From positions 576,001 through 640,000 of the forward strand of contig OZ251459.1 in the NCBI GenBank assembly GCA_965242525.1: a stretch of 64,000 bases of DNA. Reading direction: 5' to 3'. Numbering within the stretch: position 1 is the first letter of the stretch; each line of letters starts with the position of its first letter. A model generated the notes under the pieces. That model worked only from the letters and a program-made list of their open reading frames with translations, ran no database searches and had not been told where the DNA came from. The stretch comes from an uncultured Candidatus Binatia bacterium (lineage in GTDB: Bacteria; Desulfobacterota; Binatia; UBA9968; JAJDTQ01). Below are positions 47,422-56,011 of the stretch, piece by piece. Made by a program: the position numbers and the translations under genes.

Positions 47422-47838
47422 TGCGTTTCAGGAATTCGTATGGGTTGCGACACTCCCCATCCCGTCATTCCCGCGAAAGCCCCTTCACGTCATTCCCGCG
47501 AAAGCGGGAATCCAGACCTTGCGAGCAAACTCCGTGGGCGCCCTGTATGAGGGTTTGGGACCTCTGAACAATCGAGACATCCAGGATGGATTCCCTCACC
47601 CTGTGACCGTCCTATCCCCGTTCGTCCTGAGCGTAGCGAAGCGGAGTCGAAGGACGGGCTCTTGCCTCTATCCGATTGTTCAGAGGTTCCGTTTGTACAA
47701 CGAGAGCGAGGAAAGTGGATGGATTCCCGCCCCCGCTTCCGCGAGGACATGCTTTCGCGGGAATGACGGGGTGAGTGTCCGCGGAGATGTCGCCTTCCCT
47801 TTCCCTCCTACCTTACCCACACGAATTCCTGAAGAGCC
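47422..47838. mobile_element. ISL3-like composite MITE (REP doublet plus nested IS5-like MITE)
   Basis: TIRs TGCGTTTCAGGAATTCGTATGGGT / (revcomp) GGCTCTTCAGGAATTCGTGTGGGT. Homologous to 21490 and 63340. Confidence 0.75.
47557..47690. mobile_element. IS5-like MITE with 4-bp TSD
   Basis: 18-bp TIRs GG(G/A)ACCTCTGAACAATCG with 1 mismatch. GTTT is duplicated at 47553-47556 and 47691-47694; the empty site is at about 63451-63470. Confidence 0.85.
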
Positions 47839-48062
47839 AACAAACTGAGGTCGTCGAACCCCATGGTTGCGTCGTACAGACTTCGGTAGTGCTTCGCGGT
47901 AAGGCTCGACAGTTTCACTGGCCACGCTCTTTTGCACGAGGCTGTGTTCGATCAATGTAGTGCGTCGGAACATCGATGTAAAGACGGGATCTTCCGGCTT
48001 TCCGGATGCCTTTCCGTGGATCGGGGGTTGCGAAAGGGACCGGTGGGGGAGGGCCGGAGCCG

Positions 48063-50087
48063 CTACCGGTTGCCCCGCAGCCGGAGGTTCCCGTGCGTAT
48101 CCACGGACAGGTCGAAGGAGGGGTACGCCACCGTGGTGGAGCCGTACTCCTCGACCACCGCGGGTCCCGGGATACGGCAGCCGGGGCCGAGGTCCCCGCG
48201 CCGATAGACGGGCGTGGGGTCCGGGGAGGTGCGTCCCGGGAACAGCACGGAGCGGCGGCTCCGGGGGCGCGCCGGGCCGGTTCCCGCGGGGGCCGCGGCA
48301 AGGCGCATCCCGGGCAGGCGGCCGATGCAGCGCACTCGGTAGTTGACGACCTCGATGGGCTCGTCTTCCGCGGTGTGGCCGAAGAGGCGCCCGTGGACCC
48401 GGTGGAAGACCTCGGTGAGCCGTTCCTTGCGGGTGTCCTCCGCGGGCACGGTGACCTCGTAGGACTGCCCCGGGTAGCGCATGTCCAGGAAGTGTTCGGC
48501 GTCCATGCGCTCCGGGGCCACTCCCTGCTCCCGGAGCTCCCGGAACCCCCGCTCCCGCAGTTCGTCCAGGACCTGGCGGATCCCGTCCGGGGACGAGTCG
48601 TCCAGCCGGCGGATCCGCGTCACCGAGTGGTTGCGCACCAAGTCGGTCAAGAGCATCCCCGCGGCGCAGAAGTTGCCCGGATGCTGGGGAATGCACACCT
48701 CCGGGATCTCCAACTCCTGCGCGACCGGGCAGGCCACCGTGGGGCCGGCGCCGCCGTACGCCACCAGGATGAAGTCCCTGGGGTCGTACCCCTTCTCGAT
48801 GGTGGCCGAGCGCATGGACATGGCCACCTGCGCGGCGAGCACCTGGACGATGCCCGAGGCGGCCCGCTCCGGCGTCATTCCCAGGGGGCGCGCCACCGCG
48901 GCGTCGATGGCCCCCCGGGCCGCGCCCGCGTCGATGGGCATGGCGCCGTCCAGCAGCGCGTGGGGGTTCAGGTGGCCGAGGGCCACCAGCGCGTCCGTGA
49001 GGGTCGGTCGGTCCCCGACGCCGTAGCAGGCGGGTCCGGGCGCGGCGCCCGCGCTCTCGGGTCCCACCTTGAGGATGCGGCCCGACTCCACCCGGGCGAT
49101 GCTGCCGCCGCCGCTTCCGATGGTCTCCATGGCCACGGTGGACGCGCGCACCGTATAGCCCGCCACCTTGCTCTGGGGCGCGGTCAGGAGCTCCCCGGGG
49201 ATCACCGACACGTCGCAACTGGTGCCGCCCACGTCCAGGGAGATGGCGTTGCCGCGGCCGATCTCCCGGCACAGCCGCTGCGTCCCCACCACCCCGGCCA
49301 CCGGTCCCGACAACAGGGTCCGCACCGGCGCCCGGGCCACCGCGGCCGGCGCGGCCACGCCGCCGTTGGACTGCATGACCAGGACCCGGGCCCCCGGCAG
49401 GGCGTCTTCGACCACCGCTTCGATGGCGCCCATGTAGCCGCTCACCCGCGGCCCGATGAACGCGTTGACCACCGCGGTGCTGGTGCGCTCGAACTCCCGG
49501 AACTGGGGGTCCACCTCCGAGGACAGGGTCACGTACACGTCCGGGTCCAGCTCCTCAATGATCTCCCGGACCTGCCGTTCGTGGTCCGGGTTGGCGAAGG
49601 AGAAGAGCAGGCTCACCGCCACCGAGCGCACCCCGGCGTCCAGGAGCTGCCGTACGCCCAGGCGGGCCTGCTCCACGTCGAGGGGCAGGACCTCCCGCCC
49701 TTGGGAGTCCACCCGCTCCCGCACCGTACGGATCAGGCGCCGGGGCGCGAGCTGCCGCGGCCGCTCGAAGAACAGGTCGTACACCCGGTCGCCGCGCCAT
49801 TGGCGGTCGAGCTCCAGGACGTCGCGGAAGCCTTCGGTGACCAGCAGGCCCGGGGCCGGTTCGCGTCCCTCCAGCAGGGTGTTCAGCCCGATGGTGGCGC
49901 CGTGGAGCACGTAGCGGGCCTTTGCCGACAGCCGGGCGGTGACTTCGCGAAGCCCCTGAGCGATGGCCTCCGCGGGGTCCTGCGGCCGTGACGGCACCTT
50001 GCAGGCGAGGCAGACCCGGCCGTCGTCCTCGTCGAACACGGTGAGGTCGGTGAACGTGCCGCCGGTGTCAATGCCGATGCGCAGCAC
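48063..50087 (-). CDS. Hydantoinase A / 5-oxoprolinase family ATP-dependent subunit
   Basis: IGIDTGGTFTD, EFERTST, LSGPVAGV, DVGGTSCD, GSGGGSIA, GPESAGAAPGPACYG, AYGGAGP. Confidence 0.92.
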   Translation of the reverse strand: MLRIGIDTGGTFTDLTVFDEDDGRVCLACKVPSRPQDPAEAIAQGLREVTARLSAKARYVLHGATIGLNTLLEGREPAPGLLVTEGFRDVLELDRQWRGDRVYDLFFERPRQLAPRRLIRTVRERVDSQGREVLPLDVEQARLGVRQLLDAGVRSVAVSLLFSFANPDHERQVREIIEELDPDVYVTLSSEVDPQFREFERTSTAVVNAFIGPRVSGYMGAIEAVVEDALPGARVLVMQSNGGVAAPAAVARAPVRTLLSGPVAGVVGTQRLCREIGRGNAISLDVGGTSCDVSVIPGELLTAPQSKVAGYTVRASTVAMETIGSGGGSIARVESGRILKVGPESAGAAPGPACYGVGDRPTLTDALVALGHLNPHALLDGAMPIDAGAARGAIDAAVARPLGMTPERAASGIVQVLAAQVAMSMRSATIEKGYDPRDFILVAYGGAGPTVACPVAQELEIPEVCIPQHPGNFCAAGMLLTDLVRNHSVTRIRRLDDSSPDGIRQVLDELRERGFRELREQGVAPERMDAEHFLDMRYPGQSYEVTVPAEDTRKERLTEVFHRVHGRLFGHTAEDEPIEVVNYRVRCIGRLPGMRLAAAPAGTGPARPRSRRSVLFPGRTSPDPTPVYRRGDLGPGCRIPGPAVVEEYGSTTVAYPSFDLSVDTHGNLRLRGNR

Positions 50088-51816
50088 GGGCGCCCGTTTC
50101 CTTGCGCTGCCGGCGGGTGGCCGCGGCGTCCACCGTGAGGGTGCGGGGGTCGATGACCACGCCGTAGAGGTCCCGGGCCGCGGCCGGCGACACGTAGCCG
50201 TTGCGCACGTCGTCGAGCACCCGCTCCGGCTCCCGCGTGAGCGGGTCGCCCCATCCGCCCCCGCCGCCGAGCTCCAGCAGCACGGTGTCGCCCCGGGACA
50301 GCCGGACGTTGGCGGCCTTGGAATGCAGGGGCCGTTCGCCCGCGGCCCCGGGGTTGAGGGTGCAGCGGGCCAGGGCGCTGGGACGGGCCCCGAACAGGCC
50401 CGGGGAGGAGTGCTTGAAGCGGTCGAGGCGCAGGTTGAGGGTGACGTCGTCGGCCAACACCTCCCAGCCCCGCCGGATTCCCAGGCCGCCCCGGCGCCTG
50501 CCCGCGCCGGCCGAGTCCGGGTTCACCTCGAAACACTTCATGCGCACCGGGAACTCGTTCTCCAGGGCCTCCACCGGCGTGCTCATGACGTTGCTGATGT
50601 CCGCGGCGCAGCCGCTGACGCCGTCCTCGTCGGGGCGCGCCCCGTACCCGCCCCACAGGATCTCGTACTGCGAGTAGCGGCGCTGGCTGCCGGGGGCGCG
50701 GCCGTTGAAGGACACGGCCCCGCCCGAGCCGCTCTGGGGCGCGGCCACCCGGTCCGGCACGGCCTGGGCGAGGGCCGTCATGATGACCGGCGCGAGGCGG
50801 TGGCAGGTGGTGGCGTACATGTTCACCGGCGCCGGGAACTCGGGGTTCAGCAGGTGTCCGGGGGCGGGCAGGGTGATGCGGACGGGCGCCGAGCACCCCT
50901 GGTTCTTGGGCAGGTCGGGGCCGAGGGCGGCCTGCACGCAGTACTCCGCCACCGCCCGGACCACGCAGGGCCGGAGGTTCAGCGGCCCCCGGGACTGCCG
51001 GGCCGACGCGAACGCGAACTCCAGTTCGTCGCCCCGGACGTGCAGGGTCACGGTGACCGCCAGGGGCTCGTCCAGTTCCACTCCGTCGTCGTCGATGTAA
51101 TCGGTGACCGGGCCGTACGCGCCCGGGGGCAGGGCGGCGATGCGGGAACGGAGCTCCCTCTCGGTGATGGCGATTCGCTCCTCCCAGCAGGCCAGCACGT
51201 CGTCCACGCCGAAACGCCGGAAGAGCGCCGCCAGGCGCTCGATGCCGTGGAGGTTCGCCTGGACCTGGGCGCGGATGTCGCCCCAGGTGACCTCGGGGGT
51301 GCGGGTGTTGGCGCAGATCAGTTGCTTCAGGCCTTCGTCGAGGACGCCGCCCCGGTAGAGCTTCAGGGGCGGGATCAGCAGGCCTTCCTGGAACACCTCT
51401 GTGGCGTCGCCCGCGTTGGTGCCCGGCGCCTTGCCCCCGATGTCGGGCTTGTGCGCGGTGTTGCCCACGAAGGCCGCCACGCGGCCCTCATGGAACACCG
51501 GGGCGATCAGGGTGACGTCGCTGGGATGGTTCTGGCAATAGCGGTAGGGGTGGTTGAGGATGAAGGCGTCCCCTTCGCCGATGTCGTCCGCGAAGTCCCG
51601 GAGTATCCCGCGGAGTTGGGCTCCCACCACCCCCAGCCCCACCGGGTTGGGAGAGTACTGGCCCACGTTGCGTCCTTCGCGGTCGCAGATGCTCAGCGCG
51701 AGGTCCTGGCTCTCCTTGACGATGGAGGAGTAGCCGTTGCGCATGAGCTTCTGCGTGAGCTCGAAGGCGATCTGGTTGGTGGCGTTGTAGATGACCTCCA
51801 ACTCGATGGCGTCCAT
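50068..51816 (-). CDS. Hydantoinase B / oxoprolinase family subunit
   Basis: SSIVKESQD, NHPY...HPSD, HKPDIGG, EVFQEG, PVEALE, DSAGAGRRRGGLG, GGGGWGDP. Confidence 0.92.
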   Translation of the reverse strand: MDAIELEVIYNATNQIAFELTQKLMRNGYSSIVKESQDLALSICDREGRNVGQYSPNPVGLGVVGAQLRGILRDFADDIGEGDAFILNHPYRYCQNHPSDVTLIAPVFHEGRVAAFVGNTAHKPDIGGKAPGTNAGDATEVFQEGLLIPPLKLYRGGVLDEGLKQLICANTRTPEVTWGDIRAQVQANLHGIERLAALFRRFGVDDVLACWEERIAITERELRSRIAALPPGAYGPVTDYIDDDGVELDEPLAVTVTLHVRGDELEFAFASARQSRGPLNLRPCVVRAVAEYCVQAALGPDLPKNQGCSAPVRITLPAPGHLLNPEFPAPVNMYATTCHRLAPVIMTALAQAVPDRVAAPQSGSGGAVSFNGRAPGSQRRYSQYEILWGGYGARPDEDGVSGCAADISNVMSTPVEALENEFPVRMKCFEVNPDSAGAGRRRGGLGIRRGWEVLADDVTLNLRLDRFKHSSPGLFGARPSALARCTLNPGAAGERPLHSKAANVRLSRGDTVLLELGGGGGWGDPLTREPERVLDDVRNGYVSPAAARDLYGVVIDPRTLTVDAAATRRQRKETGARAAHRH

Positions 51817-51929
51817 CCGGTTCGACCGCCCGACGGTCGGCCCTCCCGTCCCCGTCGTTCCCGTTCCGTCCACGCGCTTCCGTCCGCCTCCTTCCGCCCG
51901 CTCGTTTCCGGCTTGCAACGGCTTCCCAC

Positions 51930-51957
51930 AGTATGCAATCCTGAAACCCCTTGTCAA
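51930..51957 (-). promoter_or_regulatory. Putative sigma70 promoter of the hydantoinase operon
   Basis: TTGACA-16-CATACT. Confidence 0.45.
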
Positions 51958-52003
51958 CGTCGGGAACGTCTGGTCCGTTCCGGCCCGGTTGTGGGAAAGG
52001 GCG

Positions 52004-52075
52004 TCCTTCGACTTCGCTTCGCTACGCTCAGGACGAACGGGGGGACTTCGCTTCGCTACGCTCGGGACGAACGGG
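52004..52075 (-). repeat. Tandem type-B palindromic repeats
   Basis: TCCTTCGACTTCGCTTCGCTACGCTCAGGACGAACGG plus a second unit. Confidence 0.8.
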
Positions 52076-52099
52076 GACGAGGGAGGGACAGGAGGGGGT

Positions 52100-52315
52100 A
52101 TGAAGTACCGGACTCTCACCGCCATCGGCCTGGGGGCGGCCGTCCTCGTGGGGTTGGCGGCCCGGGAGCTGGTTTACGCCCTGTTTGCGCGGGGCGCCAT
52201 GACCGACTTCGTGGCCACCGTCGTCTTCCTGGGCGGGTTCGTCGGCGGGCTGCTGGGCTTCGTGGGTTTCTTCCGGGTGAGAGAGGGCAAGCCCTTCCTG
52301 GGCCGGCCCTTCTGA
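52100..52315 (+). CDS. Small two-TM hypothetical protein
   Basis: RBS GGAGG; 71 aa, hydrophobic. Confidence 0.6.
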   Translation: MKYRTLTAIGLGAAVLVGLAARELVYALFARGAMTDFVATVVFLGGFVGGLLGFVGFFRVREGKPFLGRPF

Positions 52316-52336
52316 CGCGGGTTGGGAAGGGGGAAC

Positions 52337-53503
52337 GTGGTCGGCGCACTGGACGGCACGGTGGCCATCGACGCCAGCGGACACGTGGCCGGTCCCTACG
52401 CGGGCAGCCTGCTGGGCGACCTGGGCTGCGAGGTCGTCAAGGTGGAGCCCCCGCGGACCGGCGACCCGGCCCGGGGCCGGGAAGGCTACGGCCCGGTCTT
52501 CCGGGTCCTCAACCGGAACAAGAAGAGCGTGACCCTCAACCTGCGCGACCCCGAAGCGCGGCGGATACTCCGCCGGATGCTGGAGCCCGCGGACGTCCTG
52601 ATCGAGAGCTTCCGGCCGGGGACGCGCAGGGCGTTGGGTCTCGACTACGATGAGACGAGCAGGGTCAACCCCGGGCTGGTCCATTGCTCGGTCACCGCGT
52701 TCGGCCAAGGCGGACCTTACGAGGACCGGCCGGGCTTCGAGTCCGTCGGGCAGGCGGTGAGCGGGATGCTGAGCCTGCTCACGGACCTGGAGGCCCCGCG
52801 CATGGGGGGCCTGTCCATCGCCGCCCACGCCACAGGGGTGTTCGCGGCCTACGGCATACTGGCGGCCCTGGCGGCGCGGAGCAAGACCGGTCGGGGACAG
52901 TTCGTGGACGCGTCCCTCTTGCAGGCGAGCCTGGGCTTCATGGAGTCGCACTTGGCCGAGTTCCTGAACGGCGGCGACCCGGTGACCCCGAAGAACTTCC
53001 AGCGGGGGCGCCTGTTCTGCCTGTCGGCCGGGGACGGGCTTCCGTTGCTGGTGCACCTTGCGGCGCACTCCAGGTCCTGGGAGGCGCTGGCCCGCGTCAT
53101 CGGGCGGGAGGACCTGCTTCGGGACCCGCGCTTCGCCTCCCTGGAGGACCGTGCCGCCAACCACGAGGAGCTGGCCGCGGAGCTGCGCCGGGAGTTCGCC
53201 GCGGCGCCCCGCGCCGTGTGGCTGGAACGGCTCGGCGAGGCGGACGTGAGCCACGCGCCCATCCACGCCCCCGAGGAGGTCTTCCGGGACCCCCAGGTCC
53301 GGCATCTGGGGCTGCCCCGGGAGATCCGCCATCCCGAGCGCGGCGCCACCCGGCTCATCGGCAGCAGCGTGAACCTGTCGGCCACGCCCCCCCGGTTCGT
53401 GCGCCCGGCGCCGCTGGCGGGCGAACACACCGGCGAGGTGCTGCGGGAGTTGGGCTACGACCACGAGGCCGTCCGCGCCCTGCGCGAGCGCGGCGCGGTG
53501 TGA
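52337..53503 (+). CDS. CoA transferase family III (CaiB/BaiF)
   Basis: AGPYAGSLLGDLGCEVVKVEPP, NRNKKSVTLNL, DVLIESFRPG, AFGQGGPY, APLAGEHT. The expected catalytic Asp appears as Ala. Confidence 0.9.
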   Translation: MVGALDGTVAIDASGHVAGPYAGSLLGDLGCEVVKVEPPRTGDPARGREGYGPVFRVLNRNKKSVTLNLRDPEARRILRRMLEPADVLIESFRPGTRRALGLDYDETSRVNPGLVHCSVTAFGQGGPYEDRPGFESVGQAVSGMLSLLTDLEAPRMGGLSIAAHATGVFAAYGILAALAARSKTGRGQFVDASLLQASLGFMESHLAEFLNGGDPVTPKNFQRGRLFCLSAGDGLPLLVHLAAHSRSWEALARVIGREDLLRDPRFASLEDRAANHEELAAELRREFAAAPRAVWLERLGEADVSHAPIHAPEEVFRDPQVRHLGLPREIRHPERGATRLIGSSVNLSATPPRFVRPAPLAGEHTGEVLRELGYDHEAVRALRERGAV

Positions 53504-53523
53504 GCGGGTTCCCGCCATGAAGA

Positions 53524-53686
53524 AGAACCTCTGGACAATTGCCCCCGTTCATCTTGAGCGAAGCGAAGTCGAAGGAAGCGTAGCGAAGTGAAATCCCCCG
53601 TTCGTCCTGAGCGTAGCGAAGCGAAGTCGAAGGACGTGTTTTTCCGCACGGAGATGGAGTTCGAGACGGAATCGTCCAGGGTTTCC
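53524..53686. mobile_element. IS5-like MITE with tandem type-B palindromes, overlapping the start of the next gene
   Basis: AGAACCTCTGGACAAT ... GTCCAGGGTTTCC; the right part matches 5518-5553. Confidence 0.65.
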
Positions 53687-54208
53687 CTCATCGACGGCGT
53701 CCACCGGAGCCCGTCCATGGCGGTGCTCGTGGTGACGGGGGGCGGCTCCCGGGCCGTGGCCGACCTGTTGACCGTGCCCGGAGCGTCGCGTACCGTGCTG
53801 GAAGCCTGGGCGCCCTACGGGGAGCGGTCGCTGACCGAGTTCCTCGGGACGGCGCCGCGGCAGGCGGTGTCGGTGGAGACCGCGTCCGCCATGGCGCGGA
53901 AGGCATGCGAGAGGGCGGTCCGTCTGCGGCCCCGGGCCGACGCGCCGGTCATGGGGGTCGCCTGCACCGCGGCGCTGGCGACGGACCGGCCCCGGCGGGG
54001 GGACCACCGGGCGCACGTGGCCGTGTGCGCGGACGAGACGGTGACGACCTACTCGGTCACGTTGGAAAAGGGCGTGCGGAGCCGGGAGGCGGAGGAGCGC
54101 GCGGTGGCCGACCTGGTCCTGTTCGCGGTGGGGCGCGCCTGCGGAGTGGAGTCCCTCGCGTGCGATGCCCTCCTGCCGCGGGAGCAAGTACGGATGCAGG
54201 CTATCTGA
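53654..54208 (+). CDS. Stand-alone CinA-C-like domain protein
   Basis: VVTGGGS..LLTVPGASRTVLEA..PY, AVSVETA.AMA, GVACTAALATDRPRRGDHRAHVA. Confidence 0.65.
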   Translation: MEFETESSRVSLIDGVHRSPSMAVLVVTGGGSRAVADLLTVPGASRTVLEAWAPYGERSLTEFLGTAPRQAVSVETASAMARKACERAVRLRPRADAPVMGVACTAALATDRPRRGDHRAHVAVCADETVTTYSVTLEKGVRSREAEERAVADLVLFAVGRACGVESLACDALLPREQVRMQAI

Positions 54209-54263
54209 AGGCCGGTGGGTGCAACCCGGACGCGGCCTGGGAACTCTTTCCATGGGAAAGAGC

Positions 54264-54388
54264 GTCCTTCGACTTCGCTACGCTACGCTCAGGACGAACG
54301 GGGGACTTCGCTACGCTACGCTCGGGACGAACGGGGGACTTCGCTGCGCTACGCTCAGAATGAACGGAGAGCGTTGTTCAGGGTTTCC
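54264..54388 (-). repeat. Three tandem type-B units (33-bp period) ending in a MITE-like TIR
   Basis: GACTTCGCT(A/G)CGCTACGCTC(A/G)G..GAACGG three times, then GTTCAGGGTTTCC. Confidence 0.8.
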
Positions 54389-54458
54389 TTTGCGGATTTC
54401 CCAACCGTTCGGGACCCGGGACGCGGGGGAACCGATGGCCGGTTCCATTTCGATGGAA

Positions 54459-54606
54459 GGAACCTCTGGACGGTCGAGGCGCCCGGGATGGCTTCCCCCA
54501 CCCCGACCATCCTGTCTCCGTTCGTCCTGAGCGTAGCGAAGCGGAGTCGAAGGGCGCGCTTTCCCACAGGGGGATGGGGTTCGAGCCGGAATCGTTCAGA
54601 GTTTCC
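54459..54606. mobile_element. IS5-like MITE with type-B palindrome
   Basis: GGAACCTCTGGAC ... GTTCAGAGTTTCC. Confidence 0.68.
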
Positions 54607-54630
54607 CATAGGTTCCCGAAGGAGGTTCGT

Positions 54631-55470
54631 ATGTTTCGAGAATGCGAAGTTACCGTAGATGGTCTCAGGATCCGTTACCTGGAGGAGGGGGAGAGTTCCG
54701 GCGAGCCGGTCATCATGCTGCACGGAGCTTCCCTGGGCTCGTCCGCGGACGTGTTCGACGCCAACCTGCGCGCGGTCGCGGAGGCCGGGTTCCGGGCGCT
54801 GGCCTACGACCAGCCCGGGTTCGGGATGTCGGACGACCCCCCGGACTACACGCTGGCCTACCGGACTGCTTTCCTGCCGCGGTTCATGAGCGCGGTGGGC
54901 GCCGAGCAGGCCACGCTCGTCGGCCACTCCCAGGCCGGCGGCATCGTGGTCCGGACCGCCCTGGACCACCCCGAGCGGGTGATCAAGGTGGTGGTGGTGT
55001 GCAGCGGCAGCCTGCTGCAGGGCATTCCGGGCTTCCCGGAGCCGGCTCCCGCCCCGGCGCCCAGTGACTTGCCTCCCACCCGGGAGGACGTCCGCAGGAT
55101 CCTGGAGTCCAACCTGCACCGCAGGGACATGATCACCGCGATGGTCGTGCAGAAGCGCTACGAGATGAGCGTGGGAAAGAACGTGGAGGCGTTCCGGAAG
55201 CGGTACCGGGCGGTGGAGCCCGAGAGCACCGGCCCCCGCCTGTGGGAGCGGCTTCCGGAGGTGCGCGCGCCGTTGCTGCTGATCTACGGCGGAAAGGACC
55301 GCAACCAGGCGGCCGAGAGGAGCGAGGCCCTGAAGGAACGGATGCCGGATCTCCGGCTCCAGATCATCGACAGGGCGGGCCACCTGCTCATGTGGGACGC
55401 GTTCGATACCTATGACACCCTGGTCGTGGAGTTCCTGAAGGGAACCCTGGACGACCTGCTCCGTTCCTGA
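54631..55470 (+). CDS. Alpha/beta fold hydrolase
   Basis: MLHGAS, DQPGFGMSD, GHSQAGG nucleophile elbow, IYGGKD, AGHLL. RBS GGAGG. Confidence 0.92.
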   Translation: MFRECEVTVDGLRIRYLEEGESSGEPVIMLHGASLGSSADVFDANLRAVAEAGFRALAYDQPGFGMSDDPPDYTLAYRTAFLPRFMSAVGAEQATLVGHSQAGGIVVRTALDHPERVIKVVVVCSGSLLQGIPGFPEPAPAPAPSDLPPTREDVRRILESNLHRRDMITAMVVQKRYEMSVGKNVEAFRKRYRAVEPESTGPRLWERLPEVRAPLLLIYGGKDRNQAAERSEALKERMPDLRLQIIDRAGHLLMWDAFDTYDTLVVEFLKGTLDDLLRS

Positions 55471-55479
55471 GCCAAGCGG

Positions 55480-55987
55480 AGCGGAGTCCCCCGTTCGTCC
55501 CGAGCGTAGCGAAGCGGAGTCTCCCGTTCATCCTGAGCGTAGCGGAGCGGAGTCTCCCGTTCATCCTGAGCGTAGCGAAGCGGAGTCGAAGGACGCGGCC
55601 ATGCCCCTGTCCCGATTGTTCAGATGTTCCGCAAGTGGATTCCCGCGGACGCCCCGCCCTCGTCATTCCCGCGAAAGCGGGAATCCATCCCTTCTCATGA
55701 AAACTTCCATGTTGCCATCCTTCCACCCAAAAAACCCATGGCGCCCTGTATGTCGGAGAGGAAAGGCGGTCAGGGACTGGAATCGGGCATGGAAGGTTGA
55801 GTCGATCGGGAAGAGGGTTGAGAAGATCGATGCAAGTGGATTCCCGCTTTCGCGGGAATGACGAGGGTGGGGCCTTTGCGGGAATGATGGGGGTACGGCG
55901 TCTGCGGGAATGCGGGGGCGGGCCTTCGCGGAGATGACAGATGTACGGCGTCTGCGGGGATGACGAGGACGGGCCTTCGCGGAGATG
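55480..55987. repeat. Cluster of type-B and type-A palindromic repeats
   Basis: Three type-B units at 55480-55594 with a TIR-like end at 55613-55630, a type-A doublet at 55661-55687 / 55838-55863, and partial copies up to 55987. Confidence 0.8.
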
Positions 55988-56011
55988 CCGGGCGGCTGCG
56001 ACGGCCCGCGC

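Noticed and set aside
42102-47838. Integrative island at tRNA-Sec
   Set aside because: I saw no integrase and no duplicated tRNA 3' end in the window.
47414-47846. 8-bp TSDs around the ISL3-like copies at 47422 and 63340
   Set aside because: The flanks do not match (GCCACCAT/AACAAACT; ACTATTTT/CTTTCAGT). Only the 21490 copy has a TSD.
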